A stretch of DNA of 64,000 bases from the NCBI GenBank assembly GCA_030390025.1, contig CM059432.1:49912001-49976000 (forward strand). Direction: 5' to 3'. Position 1 is the stretch's first letter; each line of letters opens with the position of its first letter. The DNA is from Squalus acanthias. Lineage: Eukaryota. A program made the translations under genes and the position numbers. This document shows, piece after piece, positions 1 through 12,800 of the stretch. Below the pieces are notes generated by a model. The model ran no database searches. It had not been told where the DNA came from and saw only the letters and a list, made by a program, of their open reading frames with translations.

Positions 1-1050
1 AGTTGGCTCTCTTTGCATAGAGAGACTCAGTGACTTTCCTTGTGCAACAGTGCACTGCAAACTGCGAGATAGTGCTTATATCACCAGCAGCAACCTGGAA
101 GGATCCAGATGCATAAAGGTTCAGAGCCACAGTCACCTTCACAGCCACAGGCAATGCAATCCTGGCCCTGTTCTGAGCTTGGAGTTGAGGCTGCAGCAGT
201 TGGCAGATTTCAGTCATGACCTCTTTAGTGAAGTACAGACGTCTCAAGCATTGGTTGTAGCTGAAATTCAGGTAAGAAAATTATTCCCTAAAAACCCTCT
301 GTGGATATGGCCTCCTGCTGAGACCCCTTCTCCCCTTCCTCATCCAGCCTCTGCTCATTCTCCCAGTCATGGTCAATGCCAAAAGGAAGCCCTACTAGGT
401 CGCCCAGGTCTGGAAGCAACTGGTTTGTGCACAAGCTTTTAATTCACCAAAAAAGTACTTCAGCACCAGCCAGACTACTCCTGTAGATTATTGAAACTTT
501 AAACAATTAAAAATCACCCAAAATGTGTAGAATTTCAGCAACAGCCAGAGGAAAAAAACTAGAAACTAACCTGTAAGTAGTTGATGATCCCTTTAAATAG
601 CGCTAGTGGAGGGTCCTTATTGCTGTTTAACATCATGTTCTGCTGTGTGAAGTTAAGAGAGGGCATAGGCTGGAGCGTGGTGCTCCAAAAGAGAGCCCCA
701 TCCCCCCACCAAATTTATCAGAACATTTTAGAAGCATTCTGCAGGTATGCCAGCATTTGCTGAGAGAACAGATAGCCTAGAAATTCTAAAATGCCTCACC
801 CATTTTTCAGGCGCAAAGGGGCGGTTAGGGATACAATATGACGAGCAACGCACCATGCCCATCCAATGCTGGAAGTGCGTCGGCCACCATATTGGATCGG
901 ATGCCCCAAGGCATCCAAGACATGCGCCGGAAGCATGCAAAAACATCATTGTAATATTGAAACAGGGGTGCAATGCTGGTTATGGACCCTTTTCTGAAAT
1001 TGGTCTGCCCCAGGATCCTGCAAGAGCACTATTCAAAGGTGTCATCCCCT
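1..1050 (-). mobile_element. Degenerate Harbinger-derived fragment (terminal/promoter region)
   Basis: The reverse complement of about 440-610 (GCTATTTAAAGGGATCATCAACTACTTACAGGTTAG...) matches 7530-7700 and resembles 48345-48385, which lies upstream of a Harbinger transposase. Boundaries are approximate. Confidence 0.5.
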
Positions 1051-1053
1051 CAA

Positions 1054-2285
1054 TAAGAACATAAGAATTAGAAGCAGGAGTAGGCCATACGGCCTTCAAG
1101 CCTGCTCTGCCACTCAATAAAATCATGGCTGATCTATGACCTTGACCCTATTTTCCCGCTCGATCCCCATATCCCTTGATTTCCCTGGAGTCCAAAAATC
1201 TATCTATCTTAGCCTTGAATATACTAAACGACTCAGCATCCACAGCCCTTTAGGGTAGAGAATTCCAATGATTCACAACCCTCTGAGTGAAGAAATTCCT
1301 CCTCCTCTCAGTCTTAAATAGACAGCCCTTTATCCCGAGGCTTAGCCCCCTAGTTCTGGACTCTCCAGCCAGGGGAAACAACCTCTCAGCATCTACCCTG
1401 TCAATCCCCCTTAGAATCTTATATGTTTCAATGGGATCACCTCTCATTCTTCTAAACTATTCAATTTCTCCTCATAAGACAACCCTCTCATCCCAGGAAT
1501 CAACATAGTGAACCTTTGTTGCACTGCCTCTAAGACATGTATCTCCTTTCTCAGATAAAGAGATCAAAACTGGGCACAGTACTCCAGGTGTGGAATCAGC
1601 AAAACCCTGTACAATTGTAGTAAGACTTCCTTACTCTTGTACTCCAACCCCCTTGACAATAAAGGCCAAAATGCCATTTGCCTTCCTAATTTCTTGCTGT
1701 ACCTGCATGCTAACTTTCCGTGTTTCCTGTACGAGGACACCTAAATCTCTCTGAACACCAACCTTTAATAGTTTCTCACCATTTAAAAACTGTTCTGTTT
1801 TTCTATTCTTCCTACCAAAGTGAATAACCTGACATTTCTCCACATTATACACTATCTGCCACCTTATTGTCCTCTTACTTAACCTGTCTATATCTCTTTG
1901 CAGGCTCTTTGCATCTTCCTCACAGCTTTGTATCATCAGAAAACTTGGATACATTGCACTTGGTCCCCTTATCTAAGTCATTAATATAGATTGTAAATAG
2001 CTGAGGCCCAAGCACTGATCCTTGCAGCACTTCACTAGTTACAGCCTGCCAACTGGAAAATTACCTGTTTATCCCTACTCTCTGTTTTCTGTCCATTAAC
2101 CAATCCATGCTAATATATTACCCCCCAACCCCTTGAGCCCTTATCTTGCATAGCAACCTTTTATGTGGCACCTCATTGAATGCCTTTTAGAAATCCAAAT
2201 ATACTACATCTACTGGTTGCCCTTTATCTACCCTGCTAGTTACATCCTCAAAAATCACTAATAAATTTGTTAAACAGAATTTAAT
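1054..2285 (-). mobile_element. CR1 LINE, 5'-truncated (RT C-terminus and 3' tail)
   Basis: Minus-strand ORF pieces CLTNLL...VDVVYLDF, LQRDIDRL...RDLGVLV and MRGDPIETYKIL...WNSLP. TAAGAACATAAGAA tail at 1054. Confidence 0.93.
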
Positions 2286-2423
2286 AACCTGAGGGCACTC
2301 CATGCAGGTTAGTTGCTGGTTCGTCCTGTTAGACTGCTGGCCAATTTCTGGGCCTTTATTTAGCAATTTTCTCCATTGCACAACTGAATTCTGAGTACTA
2401 GGAAGAAATGTTTAATTTCCCTC

Positions 2424-3190
2424 ATGGGTGTTCTGTTAGGTCTCCCTTTGGAGCTGGAGGAGGAGTGGAGAAAAGACAACTGGAGTGAGCAGAAACAGCA
2501 TGAAGAAGAGAGGAGCAAAGTATTAGGAGAGAGCACTAGGTTTTTCACGCATAGCAGGCTTGTGAGGGTGCAAGTGGCCATAGACGGCATTCACATTGCC
2601 CTGTGTGCTGCCGTCAGCGGCCTGGCATCTTCCTGAACAGAAAGAGGCACCGCTTTCTTAACGTGCAGCTCGTTTACGACCGCAGGCAGTAGCTAATGTC
2701 GGTCTGTGCCCAGTTTCCTGACAGCAGCCATGATTCATTTATCCTACACCAGTCCTCTATTGCACCATCGTCATCCAACCAGATCATCAGGTTACAGGCT
2801 GGCTACTTGGCGATAAGGATTATCCCCTCTAGACATAGCTCATGACTTCTGTCAGGAACCCGGGCACAGGTGGAGGGCAGGCCTACAATGAGAACCATGT
2901 CTCCACCAGAAATCTCATTGAGCAGATCATCAGCATACTCAAACAATTGTTCCACTGTCTGGACCACTCTGGAGGAGCTCTGCAGTACACTCCTGACTGT
3001 GGCTCCAAATTTGTGGTGATGTGCTGCATGCTGCATAATTTTGTAATCCAGATGAATCAACCCTTACCACCACCTGGGTAGGAAGAGTCGAGGAGGAGGA
3101 GGAGGAGGAACAACAGGAGTAGCATCGCCCACCAGTTCCGCTAGCACCCAGAGCTCTTAGAGAACAACTGATAGAAGGGCAAGTCAGCTG
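2424..3190 (+). pseudogene. Harbinger (HARBI1-like, DDE_Tnp_4) transposase remnant
   Basis: Motifs AIDGIHIAL, HDSFIL, LLGDK and YNENHVSTRNLIEQIISILKQLFHCLDHSGGALQY, plus an acidic tail. Frameshifts and stops are present. Confidence 0.88.
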
Positions 3191-3319
3191 AAACCATCCC
3201 ATCCCCAATACACCAATAGTTCCGCCATACATATAACCATGCCCATCACAAGCAGCATCTGGAGGCCCTCCTGCTGTGCAACCTCATGGGAGTCGCCCTC
3301 CGGTTATTAAAAATATTAA

Positions 3320-3435
3320 CACTAACACCAAAGGGCCAACCCTGGTTCAATGTGGAGTGCAGAATGGTGTTTCAGGAGCAGCAACCACCATATCTTAGAA
3401 TGAGATATGGACCTAGTGAAGTGACTACACACGAA
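3320..3435 (+). mobile_element. Short LINE ORF2 fragment (QPWFNxECR region)
   Basis: Translation KGQPWFNVECRMVFQEQQPPYLRMR resembles the post-endonuclease PW motif of CR1/L2-group LINEs. Confidence 0.5.
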
Positions 3436-4351
3436 CCGCCAGTGGAAAGACATGACTTTGGACAAACATGTTTCCAAGATCTTTACTGCTCTTATTTTCC
3501 CAGTGATATTAAATGAGAATAGTTGGCAGTTACTTTATATCTTTTACAGAGAATAAAAGAGCTCAGATGAGTTAAGAAATGTCCTTGCTAGTCAAGCAGA
3601 GCTGGAAAATAATTTATCCTGATCTTTGAACATTACAACAAGTCAAGAAACCAATTCACTAAGTATTCTCCAGCAGCAGATGTTAGCATTCATCAATTGA
3701 AACAAGGACTGTTCTGAGACATTAAAGCCTCAAGAAAACAGTTGCTGTGATTATCAATCTGATTTTGCCATCTCACTGTTACCTCATCTGCATTTAAACA
3801 GCATTCATAAAGACTGAATTTGTGTTCCCTTTATACCACAAATTTACTTTAATCTAGAGATAGATTGCTGCAGGATGGGTTTGGGAGCAATGACAGAAAG
3901 AATAATCATCAAAGATTCTCAGCCACACATCGGGCTGCTCTTCTGCATGAATAAGCTGGAATTTCTGATAGTCTCCGCAGCGACTTTACTTTAACAGAAG
4001 GTGGGAAGCTCTATTCTTACAGCCTGCAATATCCTTTCAAATCCTAGAATCAAGATTTCCATGCTCCAGACAAAATAATACTTGTGCATATTGTCTGCTT
4101 AGTTACAAGGGATCTGGTGAGTTCTAAATTTTTCAGGCATGAATGTTTTCCTTCATGACACTACAATAATTCCCCCCAAAAATCAGCAACTGTTGGTTTG
4201 AATATCCTTGATTAAAGAAAAAAGTTGCGGAGGTGTGATATCTTTTGTAATGGCTATAATTGTATTTAGTATTTTTTTAGGAACTCCTTTGATTTTTCTT
4301 CAGGAGATTACATAGAATTACTGAGAAATTACACCACAGAAACAGGCCGTT

Positions 4352-5026
4352 CTTAGGAAGTGGGTCGGTCAATAACAGCTTTTAAGTAGGCTGCCTGCCT
4401 CTATTTTTATAGGATTTTTATTTTTAAACCATTTCGGCTGGGTTTCCTGGGCCAGCAGGTAAATGGAGACAAGAAAGGCTGGATCCATAAGGTAAGTGCA
4501 TTTGCAGCACTGCTTGTGGGCCAGGAGGAGCACAAGTGTTTCTTCCAGGCCAGACAAGCTTACCTCTATACCCCCCAGCAATCGCTGACTCCCCCGATCT
4601 CTCCCCCTGATCTCCCCTCACCTCTAAGCTCTCCTCCGTCCCCGCGATCGCTCCCCTGACCACAATCTCTCTCGGCCACGATCTGCACCCCCGACCACAA
4701 GACCACTCCGACCATGCTCTCCCAGCCCCTCCCCCGACCGCAATCTCTCACCCCTCCCCCGACGGCATCTCTCTCCCTGCCTCCCTACCTGCTCTCTGCT
4801 CCTCGGCTGCGGCCTTGCGCGCAGGCTTTCCAGCCTGACAAGCAGCCAGCCTGTCAATCAGGCTGGCTGTCCGGCGGGAAACCTGCAGAAAAATTGTAAG
4901 AGACGTCCTGCAATTAATATATTCAGGGCGCGCAGGAAACCCAGACTTCCAGGTTTCCTGTCCATAACTCCTCCTCCTCCCCCCACCCCTCGCTCCGAAC
5001 GCGCCTCCCTGTAAATATCGGGGACT
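4352..5026. mobile_element. Non-autonomous Harbinger-like element with a C-rich low-complexity core
   Basis: GC/CpG-rich island in AT-rich flanks, CCCGATC-like repeats at 4570-4800, and a right terminus AAATATCGGGGAC similar to other termini in the window. The left terminus is not seen. Confidence 0.5.
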
Positions 5027-6359
5027 TAATCTCATATCTAAAACCCCTTATCTAGATCGCTCAATCAAGTGAAACAATCTGTTCCATCCCTTCATAATTT
5101 TAAACACCTCTTTCAAATCACCCCAGTAATCTGGTCTGTTTTAATGAAAACAGCCACAAGAATTAATATGAATATATATATTTTATTCTTTTAGTCATAA
5201 TACCCTAGCACCAATATAGTTCTGCTGTACAATTCCTGTTGTTCAACAAACAATACTATCAAAAAAAAGCAACAAATCCTATTCTCCCTTTGAATGTGTG
5301 TATTTCTGAACTAATCTCACCATAAATGTACTTATGCCAGGAAGTGATTGCAGAATGATGATTATGACAATTGGTTTAGTATCTGTCTACTTTCCCTGCC
5401 ATGTTTTCCTCATAAGACATGTTTCATTGAACCCATGTTTCGGTGATGTAATAAAGAATACAAAATAAGGCAATTGAGGTTGAGTAAACTGGTTGACAAA
5501 CCACAAATCTATTACTTCCCATGTTAGATAGAATTTTTTGCTGATCATTAATGCTGGTCTGCATTACTCTACTTTAAATCTGTTGAAGATATTTCCATTT
5601 TAATCACAAATCTTTACCTTAACACTATTTGTGTTGCAAACACAAATGTTTAACAACATTTAGAACTGTTTTCAACAAAGTTAGAAACGTCAAAGTCTCC
5701 AGTCCAGCTGCCTGCCAACTTAGGTCATATGTGTGGAATGATCTGCATACACTTTAGTTTACCTACAGTGCAGTTCAGAAAGATTGTTCAGTCACTGACT
5801 GATCATTTTGTTCAAGGTGTTGTCATTTGAATGTCCAACAATACAATTAATCATCCTCTCTTGTTGGCTGCTGAGATTTGACAAGGACTTCCTTTCACCT
5901 TGAAGAACTGCAAATTGAGTTTCACCTCATAGTGCTCCCTGAGAATAAAACCGGTTGCTAATATACCCTTCTGAGAGATGCAGACCCATCCTTTCTGTCT
6001 TTCATGATGGATGATGGTTAAAAAAGAGATGCGTCTGTGACTTTTTTTTAGCAACAATGCTGCCTGTATTGAACACGCTCGCTGAAATTGTTTTCTCATT
6101 GTGTTGCTTTTATCATGGAAGTTTGAGAGTAATCTCATTTTTAAATGCAGTAGCATAGAACAAAGTACTTTCACTGTCATTCAGAGCTGAAAATCTTCAG
6201 CTGTTTGTCCTCTGGAGACTTAGAGCATTGTGTAAACTGTGATCCAATCTCAAATTGATCATTTTATAATTTATCTTAACTAATTCTTGACAGCAGACTC
6301 ATTTCACGGAAGCATAATAACAGCATATTACATTTAAATTGAAAATGTATGAACATTTT

Positions 6360-7085
6360 GGGGGAGAAATTCCCCATGAGGGCCATTTGGGGCGCTAAGT
6401 CAAAAATGTTTGAAAAGTTAAGGCCAGGCGCTAACCTTTTCAAACATTTGAGAAATTACCATTTTTTGCTCCAAGGGGCAAGTGGAGCGATAAATCAAGT
6501 GCTCCACTTGCCTCTTGGAGCGCAAGAGATGGGGAATGTCCCAATCCGGGGCGATGTGCTCAGCAGCGCCACGTGTGGCCACGCATGGCGCTGCCGTGTT
6601 GCAGGGGCTCTTCCCTCAAGTAAAGGGAGGGGCTCCCCGCTGCGAGCGCTGCATTTTTTTTGGCATCTGTTGGAGCATCGGGTTGTGGGAGTGCCGCGCG
6701 AACAGCTGAGTGCTGGACTGACCGATCGCAGCACTCAGCCCGCGTCCGGTGCTCAGAAATTATTTTATTTTTAAATCGGCATTTTTTTTCATGTCAGCCG
6801 GCCACCGCACCTTTAAATGGCGCCCCACGAGTGGCCAGCCTCACTGTTCACAGCAGTCAGTAACAGCGCCCGGCGCTGCTGCAGGGCACGAGGGAGAATT
6901 TTTCTCCCGAGGCGCTACCGGGGCGCTGCGCCCGGAGATGACGTCATGATCTCCGGGCGCAGAAGATCGGGGCGATACCCAATAGCGCTGCCACTAATCT
7001 CCCATGGAATTTCATGGAAGGCGCGGTTAGCGCCTTGGGGGGGCGAAAAGCCACTGGAGGTGCTAATGATGGGAATTTCGCCCTC
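6360..7085. mobile_element. Harbinger-type MITE
   Basis: TIRs GGGGGAGAAATTCCC ... GGGAATTTCGCCCTC, with TTT on both flanks and repeated GGCGCTAA/TTAGCGCC motifs inside. Confidence 0.8.
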
Positions 7086-7210
7086 TTTTTGTTTTATTTG
7101 TATATATTTTGTTGAAATGTTTTGGTGGTATTGTCTACAGATTTACAAAGCATTGCAGGCTTTATAAATCTAGGTATCTTACTATTTGAAGATGAGATGA
7201 CAAAAGAAGT

Positions 7211-8775
7211 GGGGTGAGAAATTGGGCTTGTTAGTGCCCGTTTTTTGGGTGCTATGAGTGCCCTTAGAGCTCCAAAATGGCATTCATGCTCACATGCGTG
7301 TACACTTGTGGAGCGTATCGCGCCGTATGCCATATTGGTGAAGGCATTAGTGCGCACTCAGTGAATGTCCGCCAGAAGTCTGCCGAGCAGGCTGATCATG
7401 ACGTCAATCAGCGTGCAACTCTGATTTGACGCCAGCAGTGCCAGTTTGTTGCTCAAAGCTCAAGATAATGCCCTCACTTAACCTCACACAGCTGAACACA
7501 TGTTCAGCATTAGGAAGGACCCCTCCCCCACCAGCGCGATTTAAAGGGATCATCAACTACGTACAGGTTAGATTGCTGTTGATTTCTTCTGGCTGTTGGT
7601 ACAATTCTACAATTCTTTGGTGCTTTCTAAAGTTGTTTCAAGTTGCAAATGTCTACAGGGAGCAGTGTTGAAGGACTTTTTGCAGACCTCAAGGCTTCTG
7701 CACAAACCAGTTGCTCCCATACTTGGGTCCACTAGTAGGCCTTCCCCTTGGAATACAGCATGATTTGGATAATGAAGAGGTTGGAGGAGGAGGGGGGAAA
7801 AGGGCTCTCAGCAGGGGTGCCTTTGTTGTGTCTTGTGGTACATCCAGTTTAATTCTTAGTATACATCCGGTTTAATTCTTAGTATACTTTTTTGTACAAC
7901 TGAGTGGCTTGCTAGGCTATTTCAGAGGGCAGTTAAGAGTCAAACATATTGCTGTGGATCAGGAGTTACATATAGGCCAGACCAGGTAAGGATGGCAGAT
8001 TTCCTTCCCTAAGACATTAGTGAACCAGGTAGGTTTTTAATGACAATCCGGTAGTTTCATGGTCATCATTACTGATACTAGCTTTTTATTCCAGATTTAT
8101 TTAATTAACTGGTTTTAAATTCCCCAGCTGCTGTAGTGGGATTTGAACTCATGTCTCTTGGATCATTAGTCCAGATCTCTGGATTACTAAGCCATTAACA
8201 TAGCCACTATGCTACTTTTCCCATTGACCACTCATGTTAGGTAATTGAGCTTCTTGTGGCACTGAATTCAGGCTTGACTTCTAGCATTGACCCCCCATGG
8301 CTATCTGCGCCATTGCCTTTTGACCATGCATCTAGAGGGCTTCCTTCCCCCCTGCAGAGATAGGACATCTCTCCTCCTTTCAACCTCCTCCACTAAGACC
8401 TCCAGTGTAACGTCCAAAAACCTTGGAGCACATGCTCTCCCCTGTTGTGCCATTCCTCACTCTTTCCCAGGTCAGATTCTCTTCAACAGCGACTCCCAGC
8501 ACCTGCTCCAGCCACAATGCACCTCCACTTTAAGAGGTGCAGATTAGCTTTAAGTAATGCAGGCTAGCTTTAAGTGGTGCTAGCCACTCATGATATTGGC
8601 TCCCTGCTGATGCATCCAGCCAATAGGCAGCACAGTTAGTGTTGGCTGGACGCTGGGATCATTCAAATAAGCAGGCAGCATGAAGTTGACGTGGCATTGT
8701 AATCAACTGGCATGGACAAATCGCGCATCGCGATCCCCACACCCATTTTTGGGGGCTGTCCAATATTGCTCCTGT
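7211..8775. mobile_element. Internally deleted Harbinger derivative interrupted by a SINE
   Basis: Starts GGGGTGAGAAATTGG. It contains the TTTAAAGGGA...CAGGTTAG motif and a decayed transposase N-terminus (about 7720-7820), then decayed minus-strand Myb-like sequence at about 8290-8530. Confidence 0.5.
7895..8215 (-). mobile_element. tRNA-derived SINE
   Basis: Minus-strand B-box-like GAGTTCAAATCCC. The body (TTAACTGCCCTCTGAAAT...GCCACTCAG) recurs at 47415-47500. Confidence 0.7.
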
Positions 8776-9467
8776 GGAATTTAAAAATTACCAGCAAGGT
8801 GTCAAAGATGAATAATGGCTTGAGAAACAGGTAGAATGGTGTCAATAATCTGCCTCCCAATATAAATTCATTCCCGGTTCCATTCCTATTCATGTTAGTG
8901 TGACTGACTAATGTTTGTGCGATTTATATTTTCCTTGGTAGCTTCTTTAATCCTTCATATGCTGTCTGAACATTTTAATGCAACTTACTGTAGGGGTCAG
9001 TTAGTAACCCAAGTTGTATCTCAGGAACCAGAAGAGCCTGACTAGTGAAATTACAGTCAGCAGGAGGCCTGAACTCTAAATAACATCTTTACTCATGTGT
9101 TTGCATATCTTTCCAAGCTGTCATGTGAAAAGAAAACTTCAAAACAGTAACAGATGCACTTGACATTAATGTTCACACTTATCAAGTCTGGCTGCTCTGT
9201 AGGAAATTTCCTTATTGCAGCCTGTACTCAGCATTAGCACTGTGGAGTGATTTTGCATTCTCTACCAGCTCTGTTAATAAGTACATCACTTTCTCCATCA
9301 TCAGACACAAAAGTGTCAGAATTAAGTTCACCATCTGGTCTCTTTCTTCTAACTTATCCTATGTTTCACTAGCAACTCCATCTCTTTCCAATCTATTTGA
9401 ATTTCCATTATCAAAAAAGAGAGCATATCTGTAGAAGTTATAGATTCTTTTTATTTGCTGGGATCGC

Positions 9468-9515
9468 TAATTGGTTAGGGTTGCTAAGCAACCGCACAGC
9501 TTTGCAGAGGTAAGA
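9468..9515 (+). promoter_or_regulatory. Candidate RFX X-box promoter with CCAAT box and downstream splice donor
   Basis: ATTGG at 9470, palindromic GTTGCTAAGCAAC at 9480-9492 and GAG|GTAAGA at 9509/9510. Motif evidence only. Confidence 0.4.
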
Positions 9516-9904
9516 TTATGTTTTAAAGTACTGCGACAGAAAGAAATATGTTAACTGTTAGCTTGTGAGTAATGAAAAAAAGGTTAGTCATTTCAAGCCA
9601 GAAGAGCAACATCCAGAGGAAATCTAGCTAGGGTTTCTACCACAGAGAAAAAATAGACATTGCATGTGGGGTGATTTTGCGACCTACATCATATTGTGCT
9701 GAATAACCCCATTCTGGAACCTCTGTTCCAGAATGAGGGTCCTTTTGTTAATTATTTCCTAGTCACTAGACAGGAAACTCATGGAACATATAAAACAAAC
9801 CATATTTGTGCAGTTTCCTTTTTTTATGGTTGAGGTCATCACTGACTCCACAAAGTATGCAAAGGTTAAAGTTTACTTTCCCTTTTTTTGTGTTCTTCAG
9901 ATTG

Positions 9905-10311
9905 AGGGATGTTTATGCTGGGGAACAGAACACTTCATCTGAGGCACTGAATATCAGCATCAAGCACCCCCAGGTTAGGTATTCCACAACCAGATATGGA
10001 GCAAAACTCCCTCCGCTCTGCCCTAACAAGCTCATCTTCAAAAAAGCACACTCTCCTGCATTATTTTTAGCACTTTCCATTTCCCATACCAACCATCCTT
10101 AGGTCTGATTGAATGACATTGCCAGATAATGCCAAACTAGGAGCAGATTTGTGCTGTAGGCCCATGATTGGTACTGCCCAAATTCATTTCACACAGGACT
10201 CTTACAGCCAGTACACAGAGGAGACTTTCATTCAATCAGTCTGGGTTGCTTTTGAACCCATTCCGCAGAGGTGAAAAGCCAGTGTTGAACCCATTGTGCC
10301 ACCCAGTACCC
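9905..10311 (-). mobile_element. Old tRNA-headed SINE (head resembles LF-SINE)
   Basis: Minus strand begins GGGTACTGGGTGGCACAATGGG...CTTTTCACCTCTG...GGGTTCAAAGCAACCCAG (A-box/B-box arrangement). Confidence 0.55.
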
Positions 10312-10939
10312 TTCTGCAATATTTTTTATAATGCAAAATAAAATTCACACTACCTCTATTGAAACAGATGCATTATTTCAAATATATATTACCTATGCAA
10401 AGTTTATTATAGTGCAAATATGATTGCCGGGATGTGATCAAGTGAACAACATGCTTTTGGAATGTCTTCCAAAAGGCTTTGCAAGTAGGTCAATTGTACT
10501 TAATTTGTATTAGTTCATTGTGGGTTACATTGTGTTTAACACGTAGTTGATTTTAATCATTTCTTGGTGCTAAGCCTTGATAAACAGATTGGAGTAGCAA
10601 GTGCTGTTTATGTTCCAGACCATCTGTGTACTGACAGAAGCTGGAGTTCAAGTGTATGCCATTATTATCAAAACAGTAACAACTCATCTACTTCAGCACA
10701 ACGCGAGATTATTCCAACAGTAATCTTCAGTTTATTTTGCTCCAAATGATATCAGCCTATCGGAACGAATTACACTGCAGTTGCACATTTAAAAAAATAT
10801 TGTAAAGGAACCGTGGGAGACCTCTTCAGCCTCTTAAAGCAACACTTGCTCAACTATCCAGGGGCCGTGTAGCCTGATCCTGCTCCTATTTCATGTGTCC
10901 AATTCTGTTAGGTTCAGGAGATGGTTCTGTGATAGTAGA

Positions 10940-11047
10940 TTGGCGGTTAGGATCAGATCAGCCATGATCTTATTGAATGGCGGAGCAGGCTCGAGGGGCC
11001 AATTGGCCTACTCCTGCTCCTATTTCTTATGTTCTTATGTTCTTATG
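10940..11047 (+). mobile_element. CR1 3'-end fragment
   Basis: GATCAGCCATGATC...GGCCTACTCCTGCTCCTA followed by (TTCTTATG)3. Confidence 0.85.
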
Positions 11048-11049
11048 AA

Positions 11050-11905
11050 CTGTCTGGTTAAGGAAGGCTGCAACTCAACTTCTTGTAATATGACTGCTCA
11101 GCTCCCCTCACAGCAATTACTTACATGCGTAACCCTAAAACCCCTTCCTCCACTTCAACAGCCTCATACTCCCACAACATTTACTTTACCTTTCCCATGC
11201 CACAACTGCTAGCCTTCCCCTCATTCACTCTATCTTCTTGCAGAACAAATTGGCAGGTCACCAGAGGGGTATCACCACCTTTAAACCTTTCATCCTCTTC
11301 GAGGACAAGGCCATGGAGCTTGTAGGGAGGCTCTAAGCTACGGTCATGGGAGATGGTGACATCAGAGGCATCTTGCCAACGCCAGGTGGCTGACTGAGCA
11401 CCTACACTGTCATCGTGGCATCCCTGTGAAGCATCACACAGCCACAACCTCCCACCCACTTCTCTGTCTCCTTAATTCTTAGCTTTCACTCTCCTTTCCT
11501 TCAGATCCACCAAAGCAACAGGTGGCATGGGAGGAGAAAGATCATGATGGTGATGAAGAGAATAATGGGGGCCAAGCCACCCCGGAATTACAGCTGCATT
11601 ACACTGCTGCCTCAGGGGACATCAGCACAGTGTAGGCCCCCTTATAGCAGTACACCAGCAGAAGGCAGGAGGCAACAGCAAGCTGCCAAGGAAGCCCACC
11701 TCATCCCATGAGCCTTTTGTAGAGAACGAACAGTCAACCATCTCCCGCGATCCTGACCCTCAGATGACATATAGAAGGAGCTGAGAATAGGTGCCCATAG
11801 AGAAGCCCTGGCAGTGGGTAGGGGGTGGAAGAGTCTGAAAATCTGCCGGTGGTCTGAACCTGTGTGAAGCAGTCAGAAGCAAGTGCAGGTGTCGTTAGGC
11901 AGAAT
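11050..11905 (+). mobile_element. Decayed Harbinger Myb/SANT gene, exons 2-3 region
   Basis: Pyrimidine-rich intron, an acceptor at about 11243 and a remnant of the TGGGPP exon with its GDG motif. The layout parallels 62794-63500. Confidence 0.5.
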
Positions 11906-12499
11906 GGCAAAAAAAAAAATGCTTTAAAAATGGTTTCCTACCAATAAAAAAATCTGAATTCAAAGATCTCCCAACTCTTCTGTTTCAGGAACTCTTTACT
12001 TCTGCCTTGAATGGCTGTTACTGACAGTTGCTGCATCTCGTTGAGCTTAGTGTAACTTATCCCGAGTGCAACAGCAGTACAAATCCAGGAAACATGGAGG
12101 TGACTCAGTGGGAGAGCTGCAAAAGTGCAAGGAAACTCAGGGATAGCGTTTCAAGGCTGAAATGGCTTCCACCTGAATTTTCTCACAAAAAAAGGTGCCT
12201 CTCTTTCCTGCACGATTAGCGTGCCAGAAATGACAGTGAATATCTCCCCACCCTCTGATGTCTGTGGTATTAGACTGCACAATATTCTGGTTTTAAGGAA
12301 GCTATCAAACCCTTTGACTAGCATGGTACTTTTTTCTTCCTTCAACCAGACCTCAGCTAATGCAAACTTTACACTACTCTAAGGCAATCACACAGCTCCT
12401 CAACCCATTTGTAACTATTTCACAGGTAATTTCTATGATTTAAATATTAGTATTTCATATCACTTGTCACAGGTTCACAGAAGTTCTTGTCAAATTTGG

Positions 12500-12800
12500 A
12501 AAATAAGTGATTCTGAGGTGAATTAATTGAAGTGTTCAGGATTATAAAGGGAGTTGATCAATTTGTGTTGGGTAAATTGTTCACCATGACACCAGGTTCA
12601 AATATCAGGCGACAGGAGTTCAAATTTAGAAAGTTAAGAATAAGAAGAGAAGTCAGCTGGAACATTTTGATAGAATGAGTACTTGTGATATAAATTACTG
12701 GGGAAGGCCATTCAAGCAGGCAGCATAAGTAATTATATGCATTTTAGTAGAGGGAGAGGATTGAAGGATATGGCGAGAAGGAAGATATATAAAAAAGGAT
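12500..12800 (+). mobile_element. Old CR1 3' fragment
   Basis: Decayed LIEVFRIIKGVD and downstream sequence collinear with CR1 ORF2 ends elsewhere in the window. Confidence 0.5.

Noticed and set aside
3549..6200. Selenoprotein or recoded gene because of repeated in-frame TGA
   Set aside because: TAA stops and frameshifts also occur, no SECIS or selenoprotein motif was recognised, and CpG decay or chance suffices.
7840..7887. 23-bp tandem duplication (also small ones at 55503 and 55578)
   Set aside because: These are ordinary slippage or repair duplications.
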